Of a DNA stretch of 32,000 bases, positions 24,438 to 32,000 are shown piece after piece. The stretch comes from Candidatus Saccharimonadota bacterium. GTDB taxonomy: Bacteria; Bacteroidota; Bacteroidia; Cytophagales; Amoebophilaceae. Numbering within the stretch: position 1 is the first letter of the stretch; each line of letters begins with the position of its first letter. The translations under genes were made by a program, and so were the position numbers. The stretch covers positions 1,105,203 to 1,137,202 of the forward strand of contig NZ_OW441264.1 of NCBI RefSeq assembly GCF_936981045.1, read 5' to 3'. The notes under the pieces are model-generated. The model did not search any database and had not been told where the DNA came from. It saw nothing but the letters and a program-made list of their open reading frames with translations.

Positions 24438-25094
24438 TTAGCTTGATCGTAAGTGTGGTCGTTGCATTGAAATATGTGCTATAATGGTTTTGATGAATTC
24501 AGAAATATCATCCTCCTCTTGATTGATCTGAAGATAGGGACATAGTTTCAGTTGGAGCGCTTGCTTGTAAGCCTGTTTAATGGATTCAAAGCGCTTTTGG
24601 GACATTTGATCAAATGAGTCCTGCTTGTTTCTGATCTGGTTGCGCGATTGGAAGCTATTAAAGCCGATATCACAGTATATACATAGATCTGGTATTAAGC
24701 CAGAAAAAATACGGTGCATTGTTAAAAAGGGCTCCCAATAATCAGGTTTATGCGTTAGTTGATAGGCTATAGTAGAAAAAATAAATCGATCGAATATGAT
24801 TACATCTACATCAGCTACCAATGCTTCTTTGTAGATCAGTTCATGGCGTGCTGCTAAAAAGAGAAAGAATTCTGTAATAGGATGGGCATCTTTATTTTTA
24901 AGGGCTAAGATGGTTTCCCAAATCACTTCCGAATTTTTACTCCCTTTAGGGTCGTGTAGCAACTTTACACGATAAGATTGATTGGTTAAGATAGATTGGA
25001 TTTGGTGCGCCAAAGTCGTTTTCCCAGAAAAGTCTACGCCTTCAATAACTAGAATAAATTGGTCACGTCGTTTACGGTTTATTAAATGTCCCAT
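24438..25094 (-). CDS. tmk: dTMP (thymidylate) kinase-like
   Basis: P-loop IEGVDFSGKTT, DRFIFSTIAYQ (the DR..S..AYQ motif), about 218 aa. Confidence 0.75.
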   Translation of the reverse strand: MGHLINRKRRDQFILVIEGVDFSGKTTLAHQIQSILTNQSYRVKLLHDPKGSKNSEVIWETILALKNKDAHPITEFFLFLAARHELIYKEALVADVDVIIFDRFIFSTIAYQLTHKPDYWEPFLTMHRIFSGLIPDLCIYCDIGFNSFQSRNQIRNKQDSFDQMSQKRFESIKQAYKQALQLKLCPYLQINQEEDDISEFIKTIIAHISMQRPHLRSS

Positions 25095-25098
25095 ATAC

Positions 25099-25351
25099 GT
25101 ATCTGTTCAAGTCAGTGGTAAAAAAGGCATTTATATCACACTTTTTTCTTGATAAAGAAGTGTGCGAAAAATCAAGCCCTGTGCAAAAAGTTGCTACAAT
25201 CCCCCCTTACAGCTGGAAAAACAGAAGCGACCCTGTGGCCTTCATTAAACTGTTTTTTTGATCAGCTGCAAGGTATGCTTTCTGATTGCAACTTTTTACA
25301 AGGGGCGTTTTTTATTTTTTTCGTAGCATGGCCATACCGCTGAATAGATAC
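25099..25351 (-). mobile_element. Palindromic MITE family B, full-length 253-bp copy with 8-bp TSD
   Basis: TIRs GTATCTGTTCAA / rc GTATCTATTCAG. The direct repeat CCATATAC occurs at 25091-25098 and 25352-25359. The interior holds nested hairpins. Confidence 0.8.
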
Positions 25352-25502
25352 CCATATACTAGTTTTACGATTAAGGCTAAAAATGTACCACCTAAAAATA
25401 CAAATAAATCCACTACCTATTAAAAAATTCAGTTTCCCTTAAAATTAGGTATATTGTAGCCCGGCCATTCAGTGATAAAGTAGTGCGGGAATAATTTTAT
25501 AA

Positions 25503-26372
25503 ATGATGAGCGCTATTCAAGATTTTTTTTCCCTTTCTGACCCTAATGTGCGCAACGTGTTATTGGGAACCATTTTGCTGAGTACTAGTAGCGCTATGAT
25601 TGGTGCATTCGCCCTTCTAAAAAGAAAGACCTTAATCAGTGATGCCATTGCGCATGCCGTACTGCCCGGTATCTGTTTGGCTTTTTTGCTAACCGGAGAG
25701 AAAAATTCCATTTGGCTTATTATAAGTGCTTTTGTTACAGGTTGGTTGGCCTCCATAGTGATCAATCAAATCACAGCTCATTCAAAAATAAAGCAAGATG
25801 CAGCCATTGCTATTGTGTCTTCCGTAGCTTTTGGATTTGGTAGTTTTTTACTATCTATGTTGCAAAATAGTGGTCAAGCAAATCAAGGAGGGTTGAAATC
25901 ATTTTTATTAGGCAGTGCCGCCACCCTACTGCAGGAGGATGTTATTGTATTGCTCTGGTTGAGTTGCATCATCGTTTTAGTTTTATTTTTGTTTTTCAAG
26001 GAATTTATGGTCATTGCCTTTGATCGCCTTTTTGCCCAGTCGATAGGACTGCCTGTTAAAAAAATAGATTTTTTGTTTACTAGTTTAATGGTGCTTGCCA
26101 TTGTAATTGGCATAAGGGCGGTAGGTGTAGTATTGATGAGTGCTATGCTCATTACGCCAGCTGCTACTGCACGATTCTGGACGGTTAAGATGGCCTACAT
26201 CATGCTATTTGCTACTTTGATGGCGCTGCTTTCTTCCTTAGCAGGCACCTTTATTTCCTATATGATACCTTCTATGCCTACTGGGCCTTGGATTGTACTC
26301 ATTATGTCACTGATAGCCTATTTTTCTTTTCTTATTTCTTGGTATTGTCGAGTGTCCAGAAAAAATGCGTAA
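25503..26372 (+). CDS. Metal ABC transporter permease, ABC-3 family (second paralog)
   Basis: 289-aa polytopic protein with LISDAIAHAVLPGICLA and FDRLFAQSIGLP, paralogous to 4323-5159. Confidence 0.85.
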   Translation: MMSAIQDFFSLSDPNVRNVLLGTILLSTSSAMIGAFALLKRKTLISDAIAHAVLPGICLAFLLTGEKNSIWLIISAFVTGWLASIVINQITAHSKIKQDAAIAIVSSVAFGFGSFLLSMLQNSGQANQGGLKSFLLGSAATLLQEDVIVLLWLSCIIVLVLFLFFKEFMVIAFDRLFAQSIGLPVKKIDFLFTSLMVLAIVIGIRAVGVVLMSAMLITPAATARFWTVKMAYIMLFATLMALLSSLAGTFISYMIPSMPTGPWIVLIMSLIAYFSFLISWYCRVSRKNA

Positions 26373-26383
26373 ATATATTGTAA

Positions 26384-26851
26384 TTGTATATGATGCTACT
26401 TACCTTGCCTTGCTTTGATTATAAGACCAAACAAGTATTAGATAAAACGTATATTTTAGACCTGGTGCGTAAAAAATATGTATTGCTTACCCCAGAAGAA
26501 TGGGTACGCCAGCATATGTTGCATTACTTGATTCATCACCGTTCATATCCCAAGGGATTGTGCTGTTTGGAAAAAAGAATATATAGAGGCACAAGGTATT
26601 ATAGACCTGATATCATACTGCGCGATAAACTTGGAGTTGCTAAAATGGTTGTAGAATGTAAAGCCCCCTACATCACACTGACCAACAAAACCCTAGGGCA
26701 AATGATGCAATACAATCGACAGCTTGCTGTAGATTATCTACTAGTTACCAATGGTATAGACCATTTTTGTTGGAAGTGGGAAGCAAACCGAGGCCAATTT
26801 CAGGCAATAAGAAATATTCCAACCTATCAAACCTGTGCAATGACTGGTTAG
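26384..26851 (+). CDS. Stand-alone type I restriction enzyme HsdR N-terminal-like (PD-(D/E)xK nuclease fold) domain protein
   Basis: LTPEEWVRQ, RPDIIL....VVECKAP, LLVTNG. This pattern matches the small Bacteroidota HSDR_N_2 family. The start may be one of several nearby ATGs. Confidence 0.6.
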   Translation: MYMMLLTLPCFDYKTKQVLDKTYILDLVRKKYVLLTPEEWVRQHMLHYLIHHRSYPKGLCCLEKRIYRGTRYYRPDIILRDKLGVAKMVVECKAPYITLTNKTLGQMMQYNRQLAVDYLLVTNGIDHFCWKWEANRGQFQAIRNIPTYQTCAMTG

Positions 26852-26889
26852 CCTGCTTATAGCTGAACGAGTACTATATGGGTGCATAA

Positions 26890-26988
26890 AAAACAAGCCG
26901 AGTATCGCGCTGCTACAACCACCTTACCATTGCTTCTTTCCAGACCTGGGGGATTCAGTAGGAGCTAGCCGTACCGGCTTGCCCTATC
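26890..26988 (-). ncRNA. ffs: Signal recognition particle RNA (small bacterial 4.5S type)
   Basis: The minus strand reads ..CAAGCCGGUACGGCUAGCUCCUACUGAAUCCCCCAGGUCUGGAAAGAAGCAAUGGUAAGGUGGUUGUAGCAGCGCGAUACUCGGCUUG UUUUUU. It has the conserved helix-8 core (CCAGGUC.GGAA.GAAGCA..GGUAAGG) closed by CAAGCCG/CGGCUUG, then a T-tract. The ends are approximate. Confidence 0.7.
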
Positions 26989-27077
26989 AAGTTTAATACT
27001 TTTTGATCGAAATTAAAAAATAATTCAATAAAAAGTTAAGGATCCATTCAGCTACATGGCAATCCTACAAAATAAGG

Positions 27078-27106
27078 TGCAAAAACGCCCCTTGGAAAAA
27101 AGGGGC
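27078..27106 (-). terminator. Rho-independent terminator downstream of htpG
   Basis: On the minus strand, GCCCCTT-TTTTCC-AAGGGGC is followed by GTTTTT, 47 nt after the htpG stop. The hairpin resembles the family-B repeat core. Confidence 0.55.
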
Positions 27107-27152
27107 TATAATAGGTACGCAGGCTTCGAAAAGTTAATCTATCCACTGATGG

Positions 27153-28964
27153 CTATGCATTTAGTAAGCTATCTGTATAACCTTTTATAAACGCAGCAAG
27201 CGATGCACCTTCTAAAAGACCCTGTGCCAGTAGGCCTAAGTGATAGGCCTGTTCTACCAATGCTTTTTGTACAGTTTGATCACTAATAGTGAGGATTTTT
27301 TTTGCCAAAGGATGATTTCCGTTAATGGCTGCATGTATGGAACGGAAAGTCTTTTGTTTACCCTCATTTCCTCGTGTAAATTGTGCCATACGCTTCAAAT
27401 GCTCGGAAGTTATAAAGGCCACAGGTAGCTCCTCTGGTAACATGGCGGCTACATTCCAAGTAGTTTGCTCAGTGCCAATAGTGGTTTCATAAATAGATTT
27501 TAACCTTTCTCTTTCTTCTTCTGTAAGGGTATGTGCAACTACTTCTTCTTTTTGAATGAGGTTACCGATGGTATCGGTGTCAATACCTTTGAATATAACC
27601 TTGTCTAATTTGTGTTCAGAAAAATTAATAAAGTTTGCATCAATCTGGCCATTCAGGACCAACACATCATATCCTTTTTGTTGTGCGGATTGTAAATAGG
27701 TAGCATGTTTGTTAGGATCTGTTGTATAGAGTAAGACCAAATTTCCGTCTTTATCAACTTGATTTTTAGCTATTTTATCTTTGTACTCGGCTATGGTATA
27801 GTAGTGGTCCGTTGTGTTTTGCAATAGTACAATTTCCCTTATCCTTTCATCAAACTTAGGATCGGTTATCATACCATATTTGATAAATAGGGAGATATCA
27901 TTCCATTTGGCTTCGTAAGCTTTACGATCTTTCCCAAAAAGTGTTTCGAGCTTTTCTGCTACCTTTTTAGCAATGTATGTATTAATTTTTTTAACATTGC
28001 TATCTGCTTGTAAAGCACTTCTGGATACGTTTAGCGGTATATCAGGTGAGTCAATAATACCATGTAGCAAGCGTAAAAAGTCTGGAATAACTTCTTTTAC
28101 ATCATTGGTAATAAACACCTGTCTTGCATAAAGTTGAATGGTTTCTTTTTGCGTAAAATAATTGGCCGCTTTAGGAAAATAAAGTATGCCTGTTAATGTA
28201 AATGGGTAGTCAATGCTTAGGTGAATCCAGAAAAGCGGCTCTTCTGCAAAAGGATAGAGTTCTTTATAAAATTTAAGATAGTCTTCTGGTTGTAAATCTG
28301 ATGGTCGTTTGATCCATAATGGCATGGTATCATTGATCACTTTTTTATCGAATACGATTTCTATCGGTAAAAAGCGGCAATGTTTATCTAAAATAGCGTG
28401 AATGCGCTTTGGTTTCAAAAATTCTTCGCCATCTTCGGCAAGGTGCAAAATAACCTCTGTGCCTACTTCACTTTTTTCAGTAGGATGTATTTCAAAATTG
28501 GTGCTGCCATCACAGCTCCAATGGGTGGCTTGGGAACTTGCTTGATATGATTTCGTAATAATTTCAACTTTTTTAGCTACCATAAAGGCTGAGTAAAAGC
28601 CCAACCCAAAAAAGCCAATGAGTTGGTGTTGATCTACTTGTTCTTTATATTTTTCTACAAATGCAGCAGCACCAGAAAAAGCAATTTGGTTGATATATTG
28701 CTTGATTTCATCGGCCGTCATGCCTAATCCATCGTCTTTAATCGTCAGTGTTTTGGCAGATGCGTCAAGCAGTACCTCTACCTGTAATGTATCTATAGCA
28801 CCCTCATAGAGGCCCATAGCGCCTAGCTTTTTAAGCTTTTGAACCGCGTCTACCCCATTGGCTACTAATTCCCTTAGGAAAATGTCTTGATCGGAATAAA
28901 GAAATTTTTTAATAATCGGAAAGATGTGCTCAGTATGTACCGATATGGTTCCTTTTTCGTTCAT
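27153..28964 (-). CDS. htpG: Molecular chaperone HtpG (Hsp90 family)
   Basis: GHKL ATPase N-terminus (FLRELVANGVDA, IKDDGLGMT, IGFFGLGFYSAFMVA), followed by middle and C-terminal domains. 603 aa. Confidence 0.95.
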   Translation of the reverse strand: MNEKGTISVHTEHIFPIIKKFLYSDQDIFLRELVANGVDAVQKLKKLGAMGLYEGAIDTLQVEVLLDASAKTLTIKDDGLGMTADEIKQYINQIAFSGAAAFVEKYKEQVDQHQLIGFFGLGFYSAFMVAKKVEIITKSYQASSQATHWSCDGSTNFEIHPTEKSEVGTEVILHLAEDGEEFLKPKRIHAILDKHCRFLPIEIVFDKKVINDTMPLWIKRPSDLQPEDYLKFYKELYPFAEEPLFWIHLSIDYPFTLTGILYFPKAANYFTQKETIQLYARQVFITNDVKEVIPDFLRLLHGIIDSPDIPLNVSRSALQADSNVKKINTYIAKKVAEKLETLFGKDRKAYEAKWNDISLFIKYGMITDPKFDERIREIVLLQNTTDHYYTIAEYKDKIAKNQVDKDGNLVLLYTTDPNKHATYLQSAQQKGYDVLVLNGQIDANFINFSEHKLDKVIFKGIDTDTIGNLIQKEEVVAHTLTEEERERLKSIYETTIGTEQTTWNVAAMLPEELPVAFITSEHLKRMAQFTRGNEGKQKTFRSIHAAINGNHPLAKKILTISDQTVQKALVEQAYHLGLLAQGLLEGASLAAFIKGYTDSLLNA

Positions 28965-29040
28965 GGTTGATATTTATTTAGGTTAAATCTATTTATGCTG
29001 TATTGTATAGTATGAGGCCTGGTTAAGTATCTACACTAGC

Positions 29041-29281
29041 AACCTAAGTTCGGGATAGATTATTTTTTCATTTGATAATCAATATCAATAAAAATTTATA
29101 AAATTTATTTTATAGACAGTTAAATAGGTAGTTGAATAACAAATAATTCTGGTAATCAGTTTATTATATATATTATATTTATAAAATTAGATATAAAAAC
29201 TTGTTAAATAGGTGCAAATATTAACTAAATAATTGATATTAAATTGTTGTAAATCAGTCAAATAAACCCCGAACTCACGTT
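29041..29281 (+). mobile_element. AT-rich MITE family A, copy 4
   Basis: AACCTAAGTTCGGGATAG ... ACCCCGAACTCACGTT. Lies 76 bp upstream of the htpG ATG. Confidence 0.85.
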
Positions 29282-29428
29282 AGTAGTGAACTTTCTAGCT
29301 TTTACGCAACCTTACTAGCTATTGAGCGACAAAAACCATGCCAATGTATCATACACATGCTTTTATGACAGCCTATCTATTTGGGGGGATTATAAAATGC
29401 TGTTATCCAATCTATGACCTGATTGGTC

Positions 29429-30058
29429 CTATTGCGGCAAAGAACGCTTATCTATTGACGTAGTAGCAGTTGGCTGCAGAACAGCAGTGGATTTTGAAGT
29501 GGATTTTGTTCCAATATCGTCTTTAAAATTAACCGTTTTGTCATGTCCTCCTGCATAAGCGTCCAATATACTCAATAAGTACCAAGCACTTGCAATTATA
29601 ATAAATAGGTCACGTGTACGCTTACATTCTTGAATACGTTTCTCGGTGTATGCAGGATTTGGTTTATCACCACCATTTATAAGTAAATCTCGCTTATGTT
29701 TATTCATTTCTTGGTGTTCTGAATAGATCCTATGGCCAACCAAGGCAAAACCCAAATAAAAGCAAGGCACTTTCCAGTAATCTTTGTTATACACTTGCCC
29801 CAAGCCAGGAACCACCATGGAACCAATCCAAGAACGTTGTACCATAGCCTCTATATGCATAGTTTTACGCAATAATTCCACTTCATCTACCTTACTAGAA
29901 GTTGAACGATTGTACCCATTTTGTATGGTATACAACCTAGGAGATCCGTTGGAAAAATCCGGTACAATAGGCTTGTGCGGCAGCATAACAGCCTGACTAG
30001 GGTAGGAAAAGTGTAAACATCCTATTACCATTAAAGAGAAATTATAGCGCACCTTCAT
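29429..30058 (-). CDS. DUF5683 domain protein (Bacteroidota protein usually found right after parB)
   Basis: Signal-like N-terminus and the block VPGLGQVYNKDYWKVPCFY. Starts 3 bp after the parB stop. Confidence 0.6.
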   Translation of the reverse strand: MKVRYNFSLMVIGCLHFSYPSQAVMLPHKPIVPDFSNGSPRLYTIQNGYNRSTSSKVDEVELLRKTMHIEAMVQRSWIGSMVVPGLGQVYNKDYWKVPCFYLGFALVGHRIYSEHQEMNKHKRDLLINGGDKPNPAYTEKRIQECKRTRDLFIIIASAWYLLSILDAYAGGHDKTVNFKDDIGTKSTSKSTAVLQPTATTSIDKRSLPQ

Positions 30059-30061
30059 ATC

Positions 30062-30958
30062 TTATTTTGTATTCGAAATCATAGCAACAATTCTTCTTAA
30101 TTCTTCTTCAGAATCAAATAGAATTTTAATTTCACCTTGCTTTTGTGCATCTGCTTTTATAATTACCTTTGCATTGAATTGTTGGGTTAATTGCGTGGTT
30201 GTATTTTTTAGACTGGCTTTAAAAGAAGGATTAAGTTGTGTTTTAATCGTTGGCTTTTTCAAATGGTTGGTAGTAGACAGATCTTGCACCAATTTTTCCA
30301 CTTCTCGTACAGAAAGGGCTCCTTCTAGGATCTTTTTCAATACACTTAACTGTGTTTCTGGCGTCTGAAGATTAATCAGAGCCCTTGCATGACCCATAGA
30401 AATTTTTTGGTCTCGAAGCGCAATTTGAATATCAGGAGGCAATTTAAGCAACCGAAGGTAATTGTTAACAGTTGTTCTATCTTTGCCCACCCGTTCTGCT
30501 AATGCTTCCTGCGTTAGTTTACAGTCTGTTAGCAAGCGTTGATAGCTCAGCGCGATTTCAATTGCATTTAATGATTGACGTTGGATGTTTTCAATAAGTG
30601 CTACCTCTAGCATATGCAGATCTTCAGTAGTACGTATATAAGCTGGTACCTCTTCTAAGCCCGCTAATTTAGCAGCACGTAAGCGTCGTTCTCCAGATAT
30701 TAACTGGTAGACGTGATGGTCTATTTTGCGTACAGTAAGCGGTTGTATAATGCCATGTAATTTTATGGATGAGCTTAATTCATTGAGTGTTGCTTGGTTA
30801 AAGTCTTGTCGAGGTTGGAAAGGATTGATGGCAATGGATGCGATCTGAATCATTTTAAAAAAATGCTCAGTAGCATCAGAAGGGGCTTCTGTATGTGCCC
30901 CCTGCAACAGAGCACTTAACCCTCTACCTAGGACTCGCTTTCCTTTTGTAGGCTCCAT
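30062..30958 (-). CDS. parB: Chromosome partitioning protein ParB
   Basis: GLSALL, I.PNPFQPR..F, IQPL.VRK......QLISGERRLRAAKLAGL..VPA, HTH region. Confidence 0.95.
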   Translation of the reverse strand: MEPTKGKRVLGRGLSALLQGAHTEAPSDATEHFFKMIQIASIAINPFQPRQDFNQATLNELSSSIKLHGIIQPLTVRKIDHHVYQLISGERRLRAAKLAGLEEVPAYIRTTEDLHMLEVALIENIQRQSLNAIEIALSYQRLLTDCKLTQEALAERVGKDRTTVNNYLRLLKLPPDIQIALRDQKISMGHARALINLQTPETQLSVLKKILEGALSVREVEKLVQDLSTTNHLKKPTIKTQLNPSFKASLKNTTTQLTQQFNAKVIIKADAQKQGEIKILFDSEEELRRIVAMISNTK

Positions 30959-30973
30959 ATTTTAAATCATAAA

Positions 30974-31747
30974 TTACTTCTTAGCGCTGCTAGCAATTTC
31001 TTCAGCAAGACTAAGATAACTAACCGCTCCTTTACTATCCGAATCATAAATAATGGCCGGCATACCAAAGCTTGGTGCTTCACTTAATTTGATATTTCTT
31101 GGAATAATGGTTTCAAAGACCATGCTTTGAAAATGCTTCTTAACCTCTGCTACAATTTGGTTGGCCAGACGGAGCCTCGCATCATACATCGTCATCAATA
31201 TACCCTCGATTTCCAGATTAGGATTCAGCCGAGATTGGATGATCTTAGTTGTATTTAATAGCTTTCCTAACCCTTCTAATGCAAAGTATTCACACTGAAC
31301 CGGTATGATTAAAGAATCTGCAGCGGTAAGCGCATTGATGGTGATTAAGCCCAAGGAGGGCGCACAGTCCACTATAATGTAGTCATAAGTTCGCATTATA
31401 GGCTTTAGGGCTTCTCTGATGCGACCTTCTCTATTCTTAAAGTTGACCATTTCCACTTCTGCACCCACTAAGTTGATATGGGAAGGCAAAAGATCCAAAT
31501 TAGGTATACTGGTTGGTTGAATCAATAGTTTGGGGTCTACAGCCTCCACAATGCATTCGTAGATGCTGTGTTCCACTTCTTCCGGCTTAATACCTACTCC
31601 AGAAGTTGCGTTTGCCTGTGGATCAATATCAATAAGAAGGGTTTTCTTTTCTAATATGGCAAGACTTGCTGCCAGGTTTATAGCAGTAGTAGTTTTGCCA
31701 ACGCCACCTTTCTGATTTACAATCGCTACGATTTTTCCCATAAACAC
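30974..31747 (-). CDS. parA: Chromosome partitioning ATPase ParA/Soj
   Basis: Deviant Walker [37 protein letters not shown]. The likely start is the third codon (MGKIVAI). Confidence 0.95.
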   Translation of the reverse strand: MFMGKIVAIVNQKGGVGKTTTAINLAASLAILEKKTLLIDIDPQANATSGVGIKPEEVEHSIYECIVEAVDPKLLIQPTSIPNLDLLPSHINLVGAEVEMVNFKNREGRIREALKPIMRTYDYIIVDCAPSLGLITINALTAADSLIIPVQCEYFALEGLGKLLNTTKIIQSRLNPNLEIEGILMTMYDARLRLANQIVAEVKKHFQSMVFETIIPRNIKLSEAPSFGMPAIIYDSDSKGAVSYLSLAEEIASSAKK

Positions 31748-32000
31748 TGCGATTTACTCGCATAAATTTTACTAATGATCAGATTATTCCCAAATCCCCG
31801 TTTTTCTATTTCCCGATTACAAGGGCATTCAGTACCTGAAAAAATAAAAATCAAGTAAAAAAAATAAAACCAATGTTATAAACATATCGAAAAAATAAAA
31901 TGGGCATTAAACCATAAAGGGATCTCATTACCTTATGATTATCATACCATATGCTGTGTTAATCACCCCAATCTATGAAAAAATAAAAATATATCAAAAA

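Noticed and set aside
25149-25343. 64-aa ORF inside the family-B MITE
   Set aside because: It lies entirely within a palindromic repeat whose other copies do not preserve the frame, so it is most likely non-coding.
29429-31747. parS site near parAB
   Set aside because: I scanned for the TGTTTCACGTGAAACA-type palindrome. The CACGTG cores in the window (about 2665, 14760, 17943, 29613) lack the flanking GTTTCAC/GTGAAAC arms.
31748-32000. Replication origin upstream of parA
   Set aside because: There is no cluster of DnaA boxes. The only near-match, GTGGATAAC, is a single site at about 343-351 after mutS. AT-richness alone is uninformative in this genome.

Overview
AT-rich window that looks like the chromosome of an obligate intracellular Bacteroidota symbiont (Amoebophilus/Cardinium-like). 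This is inferred from an ATP/ADP translocase, a SemiSWEET, Bacteroidota-typical small families (DUF3127, DUF5683, stand-alone HsdR_N) and an extreme insertion sequence (IS) load, and it needs a BLAST check. Housekeeping genes present: mutS 3' end, tRNA-Gly, tRNA-Leu, tlc, a peroxiredoxin, hisS, lipA, a PAP2 phosphatase, nfo, ppa, parC, a PLP-dependent Cys/Met enzyme, uppS, tmk, two ABC-3 metal permeases, SRP RNA, htpG and parAB. They are embedded in a dense mosaic of mobile DNA. (1) Five intact, near-identical 833-bp IS6-family elements lie within 12 kb, plus three solo IS6 termini. (2) Four copies of a ~240-bp AT-rich miniature inverted-repeat element (MITE) have terminal inverted repeats (TIRs) matching the end of an IS982-like element, which is present only as three fragments. 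(3) A second palindromic MITE/repeat family has one 253-bp copy with a clean 8-bp target duplication covering the tmk start codon, plus shorter or diverged copies. (4) There are two group II intron remnants, a decayed Tn3-type module (frameshifted resolvase and truncated TnpA), and IS3- and IS4-like scraps. The most unusual structures are two single metabolic genes, lipA and the PLP enzyme. Each is boxed within a few bp by inverted IS6 copies in the same IS->gene-><-IS geometry, leaving no room for native promoters. I found no CRISPR array, rRNA, prophage or recognisable defence or secretion operon.
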